This document shows positions 11,128 through 25,370 of a stretch of 64,000 nucleotides of DNA, piece by piece. Each line of letters begins with the position of its first letter. Position 1 is the stretch's first letter. The notes beneath the pieces were generated by a model. The model searched no databases, was not told the DNA's origin, and saw only the letters and a list, made by a program, of their open reading frames with translations. The stretch is from Stegostoma tigrinum. Taxonomy: Eukaryota. Made by a program: the position numbers and the translations under genes. The stretch spans positions 3,295,914-3,359,913 of the forward strand of contig NC_081386.1 in assembly GCF_030684315.1 (NCBI RefSeq). The letters run 5' to 3'.

Positions 11128-14032
11128 GTAAATATCTAACTAAATAAACATGCAACCTATAATTGAAGTTGATCTTTCTTTGTTAACCTGCCATAAATTT
11201 GTTTGCCTGTGAAATGTGGCTTACGCTAGAATTACTTTCTGTTTAAAGCCACTCTGGGAGTGAAAGAGATTTTTGTTTGGATTTGAAAACTAATGCCACT
11301 TCGTAGAATTCAGTTTCCTCCTGAAGTGCTGGTTAGTGATTTTCAGTATTTTAAGATTTGTGATATCGCCTGGTACTAAGCAGTCATGCAAGTCTTGAGT
11401 CTCAAGGTAATACATGGTTTTATTTGATTATTGTCTGCATCCCCCTTTTAGGGTGTGTTCTGATTGGTCTTTACTTAATTAATTGTGCAAATAATCTATC
11501 TTGTATGCTTTCAAATTTAATTTTTAATTGCATTTAAAAATACTGGAATCCATCAGAACATGGTGCTGCTAATCTGTGAAAACAATTTTGCTGTATTATT
11601 TCATATTTTTTGCACTGTTGTAACTATGTAGTCTTTCAAACAAAGTATAACGTTCCCAGCAGGGAACAAAAGCCTTCAACCTATTTATCTGTGAAACTAG
11701 AATAATTTTAACTGTTTAATCTTTCATCAGCTGATAGCTTATAAATGAATTCCAGCTATTCAGTTAAAATGATATTTGCTGTATAAGATCACGAGATAGG
11801 TTGAACCTATGGAATTACTCGGGCAATTGCATTCAGGCAAGTGTTGGGAAGTGGGGAGTTTTGTGGAATGAGGGGTATCTGTTCCTTAAAACTCTTGTCT
11901 CTTTCAATGTCTGTTTTAAACTGCTTCTTTAAAAAGGTGCATATCCTTAAGTATTCTACATATCAAACAATTCATGTTTGTTTTTGCATGATTTCTTAAA
12001 GTCCTAATGATTTGTCTTATGAATGTGATAAAATGTTTGCTTTCTTTACTGTATTTTAAGACTTCCCGTATGTTCATGTTGCACCATCCTTGCAAGGTAC
12101 CAAATCATGGTGCATCATCTTTTCATCCATGAAGGACATGACTGTTACCAGGCTTTTCTCAACTGTCATGATTCTGGGCTCCTGCTTGTGCCTAATATCA
12201 GTAAGACCCCCACTGTTAAAGAGCAATTATGACGACATTTGTATGCTGGGTATGTCATGGCTCCTTCTATGTGCTAGTGGTTTGGTGGGAATTGCCCTGA
12301 TGGGCTTAGATTTGACTGGAAAAGAGAAGCTAATGTTGGTTGGATCGTTGAATTGTTTTTTTTATTTCCGATTTTGTTCCCTGCCTAAAGTGTTTTGGAA
12401 TTGAATCCATTGACTCAGTGTTGATTACTTTGTCTCCTCTAATTTGAGCCATATTTAAATTATTAATGTCACTAGTAAATTGTAAAGCCATACTTTGAGA
12501 TTGTGATCTATGTTCAATCCCAAAATGTGGGATGGAGTTCATCACAACTTGCAGTGTGTCTTCGGTACGTTGTAGGAAAACAGTTTGTGATACAGGAAAT
12601 CAATCCAATAGAAATAGCGACGACACCATATTACCTGCTACTTTTGTATTTGGTGAGCAGCTTTCCTAGTCACCATGTATGTCCCTGCAATATCCTCACA
12701 TATTTTATTTGTGCCCACTAACTGCTTCAAATGTTAAACTATTTTTGTATTTTAAATAGCTTGCTGTATAATTTTACTTCAGATATTTTATAGAAACAAA
12801 CCTTTTGGTCCTGTGCTGTCTATGCTGATCAGGTTTCCCAAACTAAACTAGTTTGCCTACATTTGGTCTGTATCCCCCTCTATCATTTCCTATTCAAAAT
12901 GCATCTACCACTTCCTCTGGCAGCCCATTCCACATATGAACCAAATTGTCCTGCTATTTTTTTTTTGGCCCCTCCATCAGTGTTAACTTTCTGATGTTTG
13001 TTGAAATAAAGATTAAAAAGATTTTCTATTTAGTATTAATAATGTTTTTTTTAAAAACTAAATTGCGTCCTCAGAATACTGCCCAGTTTGAGATTCGATT
13101 GCTATTTATTTTGCCTTATTCTGTGAGGGTGAGTGGCCTCTTGGGGCTTCAGCAGGATCATCCAATGGCTGAAGATTGGGCGGTGCATTAAAGATATCAA
13201 TTTTTGTATCCTTTCCTCCTACCTTCCTCACATTTCCTGTGGGAGAAAATCACAAGGTGTTTCCTGTGAACTAAATAAAGTTTTTAGCAAGATGGCGATT
13301 GTGCACCCACCATTTTGTATCCACTCGTATCAAATGCTCGTGGCTACACCAACTAATTTTAAATTACATTTTTGGAAAGTTGGTATTCCACAATTAATCT
13401 GACACAAGTTACCCTATTTTAACTGAGCTAGCAGTAGGTGCATACAATATATATGATACACTTGCTTAGTAGTAAGAATAAGAGTACACTTTTAAAAAGT
13501 TTGAATTTAGAACTTTTTTTGCAAATTCATGATGTCCCAGGTGTTTCATGACCAATGAAGCACTTCTGTTACAATGTTTAAAAGAGAAACTCTAATTTGC
13601 ACTCAAGAATGTCCTTTAAAAATCTAACAATGACCAGGCAATTAGTCTTTGTGATCTGGTTTCATGGATAAATGTTGACTGGGTGCTGGGAAGACTTCTG
13701 AGTATTCTTTTGAGTAGACCTGTGAGATCTTTGCATACACTTGTGAAGAAAACTGGAATCATGAGTTAGGGTTACATTGAAAGATAGGAAGTGCTGTGCT
13801 GTCTGAAGTGTCAGTCTGTATTATATGCTCAAACCTCAAGTAAATGTGTAGCCTTCTGTATCAGAAGTCAGTATGCATAACTGAACCACACTGATACCAA
13901 CCATGTAACCTTCCAATTGCCCTTCACAATTTGTGTGAAGACTAGAAACTCCCATAGCAATGCTAAATAAATAGCCTTCATAAAATGCATATTTTATTGT
14001 ACATTGTACAATTCATTTTTTTCCTCATGCAG

Positions 14033-14144
14033 TGTCTCCCAATTTGAACAATTTAACTGAAGTGTATCCTGTTCACTGTACAGAAGAGAATCTCCCAGAA
14101 ATACCATCATCATTCTCTTCTTCCTCCACTTCAGGCCAATCAAG
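14033..14144 (+). CDS. ZFAND6: ZFAND6 coding exon 2 (linker)
   Basis: ttttttcctcatgcag acceptor. Reads VSPNLNNLTEVYPVHCTEENLPEIPSSFSSSSTSGQS (compare human SLSESLPVQCTDGSVPE). Donor AG|gtatgt; phases 1 to 2 are consistent. Confidence 0.92.
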
Positions 14145-15222
14145 GTATGTAAACAATTTCTGGAAAATTGAAAAATTTAAAGCTCTGCTTCAGGCACCAT
14201 AAGAAATGTCAGAACTCAGCTGTTTTTGCATAAGTCAAAAACTAATTGAGTATACTTATTAGTGACCAATAATATACTTTCATAACTAGCAGGTCTACCT
14301 ACTAACAACTTTAAAATGTTAATTTATTCTTAAAAACTAGCAAAGGCTTGGTTACTTGAGTCAAAGACAACTGTGTGCAATTACTGGTTTCTATTGGTCC
14401 TATTCAGTTCTTTTCTAGTTGAATTGAGCACATATTGTAGTTGACTTTGTATTCGGCTACAGGCAACAAGTGGTGACAGAAGGATTGATGTAGCTTTGCA
14501 AGTAATAATTAATGTAACAATATAATCTGTTCAGCGGCATTGTCTCTGGAATTATTTTTTGGTATAACTGAAAATATCTTGCCTCTGAATTGAATGCTTT
14601 TGAAATGTTCCACTAACACAGTGCACAAATCACATTTCAGTAATATGATTTCAAATAAAATAAATCTACACAGTAATAGAAATTGTATGTCCTGAATAAT
14701 GTTACAAACATTTTTGCCATGTGTTTGAAGTCTTGATCAAAAATTGACGAATTGTTGATGAGAATTGATTTTAAAATTAGTCAGTTCAGCTACAGAAAAA
14801 CTAGTGAAGTTTATTCTCACCAAGACCTGTGCCACAGATTAGCAATGTAATTTAAAAAGAACAAAGAAACAGATCAAGCACAACTTTTATTTCTAGAAGG
14901 ATACAATTGAAGATTAACGAAACTTGCTAAACCTATCAAACCTTGGCCTGACCACACTTGGATTATTATGTGCAATTCTGGTTGCTCTATTAGATATAGG
15001 GTATAGAGCATGCAGAAACAGAATGCAAGTCAGAAATCTTCGAAGATTTACTGTGTGGATTTCTTAAATCTGTTACCAATAGAAGACACATGTCTTTGTT
15101 CCTGCTTTCACCCCTCCAGCTTGATCTATTTAGCCTTAAGAATGAATATTTTCAACAAGGAAATATGTGTTGGACCTTAACTGCTTTCTGGGTGAAGAAA
15201 TTCCTTCTCCTCTCAGTCCTAA

Positions 15223-15667
15223 ATAGAACATAGAACATAGAACAGTACAGCACAGAACAGGCCCTTCAGCCCACAATGTTGTGCCGACCACTGATCCTCA
15301 TGTATGCACCCTCAAATTTCTGTGACCATATACATGTCCAGCAGTCTCTCAAATGACCCCAATGACCTTGCTTCCACAACTGCTGCTGGCAACGCATTCC
15401 ATGCTCTCTCAACTCTCTGCGTAAAGAACCTGCCTCTGACATCCCCTCTATACTTTCCACCAACCAGCTTAAAACTATGACCCCTCGTGCTAGCCATTTC
15501 TACCCTGGGAAATAGTCTCTGGCTATCAACTCTATCTATGCCTCTCATTATCTTGTATACCTCAATTAGGTCCCCTCTCCTCCTCCTTTTCTCCAATGAA
15601 AAGAGACCGAGCTCAGTCAACCTGTCTTCATAAGATAAGCCCTCCAGTCCAGGCAGCATCCTGGTAA
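15223..15667 (-). mobile_element. CR1/HER1-like LINE 3' fragment
   Basis: FTRMLPGLEGLSYEDRL...LFSLEKRRRRGDLIEVYKIM...TRGHSFKL...FFTQRV. Microsatellite tail (TTCTATG)n. Confidence 0.92.
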
Positions 15668-18600
15668 AAAAATGACACATCCTGTATCTTTTAGTCTGTG
15701 ACTGCCTCCACTACACCCACTCTTACCCCACCCACCTACCTCCACTCCAGTTCTGGACTCATTGGTAGCGCACAAGGGAGCACTGCAGTGTGCGTGTGCG
15801 TGCGTAATCAGAAATACATCTGTGAGAGGAAGCAGTGTTACCGTTTCGGATCCGGTGACCTCTCTCGCGAACCAAGCATGTTACACATTGGAAAGACTAC
15901 AGTGGAGATTTTTAATTTACTGGATTACTAGACCACTGGGTTTTTTTAAAGTCTGATTGAGATCTAACACAATAAGATTAATCATTTCTCATTGCACAAT
16001 CTAGAATACTGTTCACTGGTCCCTTTTAATATATTGGGTTTAAAAAAAACTATCACCTGCGGTAGGGTTATCAGGCTATCAGAAATCATCCTCCAAAATA
16101 CTATTGCAAGTTTGGTTTGTCCAATTTATATATAAATTGTAGTCACTCGTGACTACAGTTGTACCTTTATTGCATGTATCTCTGATTTCTTGTTTAATCC
16201 CTTTCCTTATGTCTTCAGTACTGTTTGCGGGAGGATGGACTTAATGCTCCCAGTATTTCTTATCTCCTCCAGTAGATTCAATATCCTGATTTTCTGAGCC
16301 AGTATCTTTCCTTGGTGTGGCATTGAGAGCCTCCTTCGCTTGCAGTGCTACTTGACAACTTTCCTTTTTGTCTATCCTTTCCAAGTAGTTCCCATCGTTG
16401 ATCATCCTGCAACCATGTCTTTGAAATCACAACTGTCATAAATTAGTAACATAAGTAGATATAAATGGTTATGTACCTAATTGCAAGCACTCTGCGTTAG
16501 AGCACAAAGACTTCAGATCTATTTAGTTCTATCTATCTTGTTAGTCATCTTAGTATAATTTTGTACTATGACCCTATTTGTTTATCACTTGATTTTTCTG
16601 TCTTCAGTTTTGGCTCCTGACCATTCTGTCTCTTGGCCTTTTACTTTTATCCTTATTTCTGCTGCCTCTGTCTGCTCAGATTCCTGCAACTTTGCCATTC
16701 TAGTTTGAGCCCTTCCCCACAGCACTAGCCAACACTCCAACTCCCCAAAATCACTGATAGTGATTTTGTCTGGGTAAATTCTGATGAAACCAAAACATTA
16801 ACTGTTTCTCTAGACTCTGCCAAACCTGTGGGCACATTTAGGATTTTCTGTTTTTATTTCAAATTTCTAGTATCTGCATAAGCTTGTATTTGTGATATTA
16901 TAAAGTGCTTGGGTTTGATTGCAAGGGAGAGATATAGTCATCGTTCAATTCAGTATAGATTGTATAGATTAATTGTATACTGTTGGAAGAATGGACAAAT
17001 AGAAACCAGTAACACTTATGGTCAGTGGATGAGTGTCTGGGTCCCACGTCGTTGTGATTTTGTAATGGCAAATGCACACAGGTTTGGAACCTTTAAATTT
17101 GGTGTCCAAAAAAGTCTGGAAAAAAAATAGTAATTTACCATAAGTAGTCATAAACCTCTATGGTTAATTAAATCACTAAAATTAACCGGATGATTTCAGA
17201 ATTCTTTCTCTTCTATCTTCTGCCATTGAAATTTGTAGAACCTTCCACTTTGTTCTGTCCTGCAGCTGAATTGGTGTTTTAACAACCATACCTGTTGTGA
17301 TTTTTTAAAAAAATGCTGCTGGTTTAGAGCTTTATCTTGAGGACAGGTTCTTGTGTTCTACTTTCTAGTTATTGAACATTGCCATGTCAGTCAATTCTAC
17401 TGCAATTGCCCCTTATTCCTGATCTCTGTGGGAAGTTTAAAAATAAAATTTAGCCAATAGAATAACTGTACACTTTTTTTTGCTTTTGTGGAATCATTTC
17501 AAGAGCCAAACTATTTTGTTATCCAGTATTTTTCTCTTGTGAACAACTTGAGTTTTATAATCTGCATTGGTTTTGTGTCCTTAGCTGTGGTTCTCGTCCG
17601 TTTAAAGACCATAGTGTTCACAAACAGATGTCTGTTGGTTGAAATTCTTTACTCTAGGTTTTAGTGGAGGTGTTGGATCAATTTAAACATGTCATCTCTT
17701 CTAAAAGAAAAAGCAGAGTAAAGCATTTCTTGCTAACATGTTCATAGATCAGTGCCCCTGAGTGTTATGTTACGGCCACTTGTCAATCTGGCCATGTAGC
17801 AATCGCTAAAATAGACTTGGGAATTCTACATTCGACCATTATTTCTCAACTCTGATCAATTAATTTAAATAATGAGGAGAGGGTTTTAAAAGAATTGTGC
17901 TCCTGTGAAAATCCCAGTTATAGGACACTATATTTTTAAGCTTGTTATTAACTAAATAAAGTAAGAGCTATTGTAAATTGTTTGTTTTTGCTGTTGTTTT
18001 TATTAATCTGATTTTAAAATAAATTAGTTTAATATGGTAAGGTAATTAATGGCGAAAGATGTATGAACTGTTGTATGTTTACTCAACCTTCAGTCCACAA
18101 CCAATAATGGGAAGAGGGAAAAGGGGAAGAAAGCAAAGAGAGAAGAAGGGAAGATCTATTAAAAGAGAGGGAAGAAAGGGAAGGAAGAGGTAAGAAAAAG
18201 GATTAGGAGAGCACATAAATTTTAAAGGAAGAATAAGAAAAATATAGGAGGAAGTTAGAAACTCTTAAGATTTGGGAATATGATAAAATGACTTGTGCAT
18301 ACAGCAAAACCAGTTCATGATATTAAATTCTGTGAATGGTTCATCTTTTCTCTATTAAGCTCTATACTGATCTCTTCCACAGTAAGAAGTCAATTTCTGT
18401 GATTAATTAAATCTTTTAATTAGCAGAACTGTAATGGAGATAAGGCAATTTTTAAGGCAGATTTCCTGATATTATTTGGTGCCAGTTTCACACTTTTGGC
18501 TATTGTTTTTGCTGTATTTTCCCTGCACGGGATTTATCTAGTCTCAGTTGCTTTTCTTTAAAAGAACTCTTCAGGTGAAATGTGTAATTTAATTGAATCA

Positions 18601-20984
18601 ATTTTAATAATGCAAAATTTAATTGATAGATCTGAAACTAAATGTGTTAAACAACCAAAATTGAAGGTTACTTCGTATGACACACTTTTTAAAAAGACAC
18701 AAAAATATTTCCATAAAGATAGCCCTTTATGGCAGACCCTCACTACAAGTGAGAATAATTAAATGTATGTCTGTACAAAAGTGGCCTGAGAATTCAGTTT
18801 AGTCAATAGTTAAGATTTTGTTTGATTTGTGATTTTCAAAAAAGTTGAGGCCAATATAGACGTGGAGTCATATAGTACGTACATAAGTTTTAGGGTACGG
18901 AACTGAAGAGAACTCTGCAATTTGGGAAATATTTTTTGAGAATTGGTAAATGCCCACTTGGTCTGCTTGGTTAGGTTAGTAACAGGGTAATAGTTTATTG
19001 GGAAGAAGTCAAATCGGACACTTCCATAGAAATGGATTGGTAAGATTAAGAGGGTTTTATTCAGTCTTGGTTAAATGGGTGAGATTTACTGAGTGCATTC
19101 AGACTGCTTCCTCCTAGTAGTACATGAAAAGGAAAGAAGCAAATGAGACTTGGCTGTGAAGGAAAAAGTGGGACAGATGAACTTGAAAATGGCGGGGGGG
19201 GGGTGGTGGTGCGGGCGGCCGGGCAGGATATAGCGGGGTAGGTGAGACAACTGATCGGCATCCACTTAGATTTGCTATTAAAGTTGAGAGGGGGATAAAA
19301 GGTTTTGTTAAAGAGACACAGGAACCAGTTAAGGAATATTTAACCTGGATAAGCTAGGGATGCAAGTAACCTCACGTGTGAAATTGATGCAATATTGTTT
19401 AGTAGTATTTGAAGTTGAACAAAGATTATTTCCAATGTTGGGCTGAGGACATGAGACAGAATTGAAGAAAGATATGTGTAATGCCTTAATCTGAAAATTT
19501 TTAGTTGAAAGTGAAATTACAAAGTGATGACTTTTGTTATTTCCTCTAGAATTGGTATAATTGTGAAAAAGAAATATGAGCAGAATTCATAGTTTATAAG
19601 TCGCGCACTGCTTTCTTTTCCCAATGTCTCAGGTTGGGCAGGGTATATGTGTGCACTGTTTCCCAAGCTTGTGCAGTGATTTAACGGTATTGGCTATATG
19701 GAATTATGCTGTTCTATTTCACCTCCATTCCCTACCCCATCCCATCCATACACAGATACACACGCAACCATTTAGCATTTGTCTTAATTCTCCTTAGAAT
19801 CTTACATTGGATGAGACCAGGATTACTATGGTGTCCTTTCACTAACTTTTGACTAGGCAATCTTCATCTTTTCCTTTGCCAGCTTCATGATTGGATGCCT
19901 CAGCTCCCTGTTTGGGATGTCAGCAGATTTCCAACAGTCTTGTTACAGCTTCCCAGACCAGCTCCACTGATTTGTTTTCTGCTACGTGGTGTAGATGGCT
20001 TTTACTAACTGTAAATAAATGCAAACCATTCCCCCATGAAATTCAAAAGGTGAATGAGCCTCACTTGCATTCCGTTTGAATAGTAAAGTTAGGCATTTCA
20101 GGCAGAACAAATTCTATTTCTTCCTGCAGGTTCCTTCAATTAATGAAATACAGTCGTCACCATTGCAGAGCTACATTTGCCTTTGTTTGTCCCCAGATGA
20201 AGCTGCCCACTTCTGTCATGGAACATGTACAGCTAAATTAAATAAAATAGCCTTCAATTCACTCTGAATTACTACTTCCATGGTGGTGCAGCATGTTTTG
20301 GAATGATTGAATCAGAAATGCGATGAATTATTTTACCTTCAAGTTTGTCCTTGTATCAATAACCCATTTGAATAATCTGTTATGTAGCGTTATGACTTTC
20401 TTTCCCAGAATTGTCTGCTCTAACTCTTAGATCAACATGAGGATAGATTTTGGTTTGATTCCCAAGACCTTCTGTTCTTTGGTCTCCATTCTACAGATTC
20501 TTTTACATCTTTTTTCAGAGACCGCTGCAGAGCTTGCTGCATCAAATTACAGAACTTCATTACTGGCAACAACTTATAGCAACTGATGAGAGAAAATAAT
20601 TGGCTTTCTACTGATGCACAGTCTGTTCTTCTGGTACTCCAGAGGCATCTCACTTTCTCTCTACATTGTAAACAGCCAAGCTCTTCACTTTCCAAGAGCC
20701 AGTCAAAGCGCTGTTGTCAAGTTGATGACATCCACAACTGGTCACACATGTACAAGACCAAAGAACTGTAGATGCTGGAAATCAGAAAAGCTAACAGAAA
20801 TTGCTGGAAAATACCAGCAAGTTTGGCAGTGTCAGCGGGGAGAAAGCAGGCTATCACTCTGCTCACAAGCCCCAATGCTTTGTTTCTTTCCTCTCGCATT
20901 GCTTAACCAAAGCTCATAATACGGCTTATAATGAGTTCCTTGTATTTTCAAAGCGCAACAATTCCATTTGTGGTCTCTGGATTT

Positions 20985-21640
20985 AAAGTCAGAAATCACA
21001 CAACACCAGGTTACAGTTCAGCAGGTTTGTTTGAAAACATTGCTTTCGGAGCCTCAGCCGCCCTCCTGGTGTTAGTGAAAGAGGTAGTGTCAGACACAGA
21101 ATTTATAAGTGAAAGATCAAAGGTTCACCTCATTAATGAGGATGTGCTAATAACCTAAGATGCTGCTAAATTTTTAATCAGTTAGAAGGTTTTAATTGAT
21201 TTAATATGATTAGATTAGATTCCCTACAGTGCGGAAACAGGCCCTTTGGCCCCAGCAAGTCCACATTGCCACTTGAAGCATCCCACCCAGACCCATCCCC
21301 CTGAACCCACACACCCCTGAACACTGCGGGCAATTTAGCATGGCTGATCCACCTAACCTGCACATCTTTGGACTGTGGGAGGAAAACGGAGCACCCGGAG
21401 GAAACCCACGCAGACATGGGGAGAATGTGCAAACTCCACACAGACAGTCGTCCAAGGCTGGAATCGAACCCGGGTCCCTGGCACTGTGAGACTGCAGTGC
21501 TAATATGTATCTGTAAATCCCCAAATTCCTTTCAAGTCACAGACCGAAGAGAATTAAAGACTTTATTGGTATAAAGAAGAGATGATATTTTAGGTCTAGC
21601 AATGCATCTCAGGTGTGAGACCTTGTTTAGAATCTGTGTT
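20985..21640 (-). mobile_element. PLE family-2 terminal fragment, interrupted by a SINE
   Basis: agaaatcacacaacaccaggttacagttcagcaggttt...gctttcggagc is the reverse complement of the terminus at ~60050-60130. It continues after the SINE with sequence complementary to 59770-59910. Confidence 0.65.
21208..21503 (-). mobile_element. tRNA-derived HE1/V-SINE-type SINE
   Basis: B box ggttcgattcc; V-domain-like gtctgtgtggagtttgcacattctcc; CR1-type tail; TSD TAATATG. Confidence 0.88.
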
Positions 21641-21974
21641 TTAGTTTGGAGTAGACTAGTTTTAGTCCTAAAGGAGGTATTTATAAAAACAACCATGTTG
21701 ACGATCCATAAATTATGTGCTTTTTGAACAAAACAAAATAAAATTGTATCCAAAGTAGGAGGAATTTGAGTAGCTTGATGGAATAGCGAAATATGAACAA
21801 GGGGATGCAGTAGAGAGACTTCCAGAAAATGTTTGTGCCAAGTGTAGAGACTTGGTGTCTGCACAACAAGGAAGGCAGTAATACAGAAAAGAGTACAGGA
21901 AATATGCTGTGGCCGGATCTTTCTCATTTAGCTAGGAAATAATTCTCCAGGTAGAAGGGTGTCTAGGTATTGTG

Positions 21975-22205
21975 GATCGGGGTGACTGTCTGTGTTGTGT
22001 TTGCACATTCTCCCCGTGTCTCTGTGGATTTCCTCCCACTGTGCATAGATATGCAGGCCAGGTGGATTGGCCATGCTAAATTCCCCGTAGTGTTTTGGGG
22101 TGTGTAGATTATATGGATTACAGGGGGATGGGTCTGAATGGGATACTCAGAGTCAGTGTGGACTTCTTGGGCAGAAGGGCATGTTTTCACACTACGGATT
22201 CTATG
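21975..22205 (+). mobile_element. 5'-truncated HE1-type SINE
   Basis: Same body and tail as the other copies. Confidence 0.8.
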
Positions 22206-22595
22206 ATCAGCAATAATTACTCATACCAACCTGAGGGAGTGGCAGACCTAAGCAAAAGTAAAGTGAAAGCTGCATTGGCCAGAAGGTGGTGTAGCAGGTG
22301 AATGTGGTGCTCTATATCTTGAAGCTTTAAAAATAATCAGTGGCTAGTTTTGATTTGTGTTGGATGAGGTGACTAGTGTTGCAAAATGAGTGAAGAGTGA
22401 AAGTGGAAATTATTCATTTTGTGTAGGTACATAAATGAAGTGTGCTGAATTCATCATGAGATTTTGGAGTTTGAATTGAGAGTATTGGGCAGTTTATGAT
22501 TGCAAAATTACAGTTAGACCATATTTTGGAAGCTTTGGAGCTCGTCCTCTTTTTTTTTAAATAATCATAGCTGGCCTAGGCAATACAGTAGATTC

Positions 22596-23439
22596 TGTTA
22601 CATAGGGGAGGTCAACACCTCTCTGAAAATTAAAACTGAAACCCACAGAGGAAGTGCGAAGAGTGGTATAATCTGCCTGTTGTCTCCAATCTGTTATGAT
22701 GGAACAGTTAAATGAAAATATACTTGATATTCACTCTAAAAGCAACAATTGATTTATCTAAATCTAACAGTGAACAAGTTAACAGAACTAACAAACAGAA
22801 CAATTTCACCCCCTTCCCTTAACAACTAATTATTCCCAAATAAAACAATTCTAATGGTAAGCTGTTCCAATAGATACAAATCCCACTTATATAATGCAAA
22901 TTAATAAATTAATCTCTCAAAGTTACAGTCAAGATAAATCTTCCAGATATTCTTTGCCCTCTCAGTTGTTCATCAGACACGGATGCCTTCGTTGAATTCT
23001 TGTGTCGGAAATATTAGCTAAGAGTGCTGTAGTACATTCATTTAGATGGTGCTTACTCTGAGAGCTTAGAGATTCACCTAATATAGCAGTTTGCTCTCAC
23101 CCTGATTCTCAAATGGCCTCTTTTATACCTTTTGACCTACCAATTTCTTACAATAGGATTGTCTTAGGTACCCAAAACCATCAGATTTCAATTGGGTTTT
23201 GGTATCTAGGGCATATTTTAAATTTAACTGGCTAAATTGAAAAACATTTTGTCTTGGTAAAAATGCTGCTTTGCCTGCTGACAGTATGGCCTTTAATACC
23301 AAATTTCAATTTCAAGAGCTCTCTGTACATCTGTCGGCAGACAATTATTTTAAATCTCTAAACCTTTTTTAAAAAAAACTTCTAAAACAGCCGTGTACAC
23401 CCCCTTTTCCATCCCCCCCCCCCCATCGTTTTACAAACA
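22596..23439 (-). mobile_element. Possible solo LTR
   Basis: TGTTAC...AAACA ends, flanks gattc/aattc, and a TATAAAA on the minus strand at ~23121-23127. No coding content. Confidence 0.35.
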
Positions 23440-23477
23440 AATTCTAACCTCCTGTGTACCAACTTCACAATTCATAT

Positions 23478-24260
23478 CAGTGATAATGGGAACTGCAGAT
23501 GCTGGAGAATCCAAGATAGTGTGGAGCTGGATGAACACAGCAGGCCAAGCAGCATCTCCAGAGCACACAAGGTGACGTATTGGGCACCTGGTGTGGCGTC
23601 CTCTACATTGGGGAAACCAAGCGGAGGCTTGGGGACCGCTTTGCAGAACACTCCGCTCGGTTCGCAACAAACAACTGCACCTCCCAGTCGCGAACCATTT
23701 TAACTCCCCCCCACCCCCCCCCCCCCCCAATATTCCTCAGACGACATGTCCATCATGGGCCTCCTGCAGTGCCACAATGATGCCACCCGAAGGTTGCAGG
23801 AACAGCAACTCCTATTCCGCTTGGGAACCCTGCAGCCCAATGGTATCAATATGGACTTCTCAAGCTTCAAAATCTCCCCTTCCCCCACTGCATCCCAAAA
23901 CCAGCCCAGTTCTCCCCCTGCCACCCCCCCACTACATCCCAAAACCAGCCCAGCCTGTCTCTGCTTCCCTAACCTGTTCTTCCTCTCACCCATCCCTTCC
24001 TTCCACCTCAAGCCGCACCTCCATTTCCTACCTACCACCTCATCCCACCTCCTTGACCTGTCCATCTTCCCTGGACTGACCTATTCCCTACCTCCTCACC
24101 TATACTCTCCTCTCTACCCATTTTGTTTTCTCTCTATCTTCGGTCCGCCTTCCCCCTCTCCCCATCCCCCTCTCTGAAGGGTCTAGGTCCGAAACGTCAG
24201 CTTTTGTTCTCCTGAGATGCTGCTTGGCCTGCTGTGTTCATCCAGCTCCACACTTTGTTA
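23478..24260 (+). mobile_element. Fold-back PLE with GIY-YIG fragment
   Basis: CGVLYIGETKRRLGDRFAEH motif; short inverted terminus plus tail at the left; 13-bp TSD TCACAATTCATAT at 23465-23477 and 24261-24273. Confidence 0.9.
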
Positions 24261-25072
24261 TCACAATTCATATGATCACTTACTGGAACTTATTGAGTCT
24301 TGATCAACGTAGGTATAAATGTTGGTGTTTTCTATTATGGACACAAACTTGGCTGAGTGATAGCAAACAGTAATGTTCAATGGATAGTTTTCCTTCTGGT
24401 GGAAGGTTTCTAGTAGAGTTCCATTTGTCCATATTGAGAACCTTGCAATATCTTGAAGTGGACAATTTTAAGTAGAGGCAGAAATCTTGTAACATTTAAA
24501 TTCAGATTTAGATGTACACTCGTGATGCCAAGGTGTATAACGTTAGAGACCAAGTGCTGTAACATGTGATTAGAATTGTTGGGTCTGTGCCAGTCCTTTG
24601 ATCCATTTTTCTGAGCTGTAGAATCAAAAGCTCTAAGTGTGAGGTGATGCATTTTGATAGGAGAAAGTGGACTGATGATATAAAATAAAGGATGCAGTTC
24701 TAAAGGGGCACAGGAGCAGAGTACAGGATCTGGGTACATATGTGCACAGATTACTGAAGGTATCAGGACAGGCTGAGAAAGGAATTAATAATGCAAGAGC
24801 AAGGAGGTGATGTCAAACTTGCATAAGACACTTGTTAGACCTCAGCTTGAGTATTGTATACAGTTCTGAGTGCCACATTATAGAAAGGAATTCATTGGAG
24901 ACAGTTCAGAAGTGATTTACAGAATGATTCCATTGAGAAATTTTAGCTATGAGAACAGATTGAAGATGTTTGGACAGTTCCTCTGGGAGAGAATAAAAGT
25001 GGAGATCTGATAGAAATGTTTAAAATCACGAGAGTTATCCAGATAAAATAGATGGGAAGAAGCCATATGTTA

Positions 25073-25370
25073 GGGGTGGCACGGTGGCTCAGTGGTTAGC
25101 ACTGCAGCCTCACAGTCCCAGGGACCTAGGTTTGATTTCAGCCTCAGGTAACTGTCTGTGTGGAGTTTGCACATTCTCCCTATGTCTGTGTGGGTTTCCT
25201 CTGGTTTCCTCCCACAGTCCAAAGATGTGCAGGTGGTTCGGCCATGCTAAATTGCCCATAGTGTTCAGGGGTGTGGGTTATAGGGGGATGGGTCTGGGTG
25301 GGGTGCTCCAAGGGGCAGTATGGACTTGTTGGGCCGAAGGGCCTGTTTCCACACTCTAGGGAATCTAATC
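25073..25370 (+). mobile_element. HE1-type SINE
   Basis: A box tggctcagtggttagc; body; tail gggaatctaatc. Confidence 0.88.

Noticed and set aside
19800-20760. Possible nested gene or Harbinger transposase relic in the ZFAND6 intron
   Set aside because: No consistent frame, splice pattern or convincing catalytic motif could be read.
25080-25150. tRNA-like A and B boxes (also at 42745 and 58880)
   Set aside because: These are SINE heads continuing into SINE bodies, with no cloverleaf; not tRNA genes.
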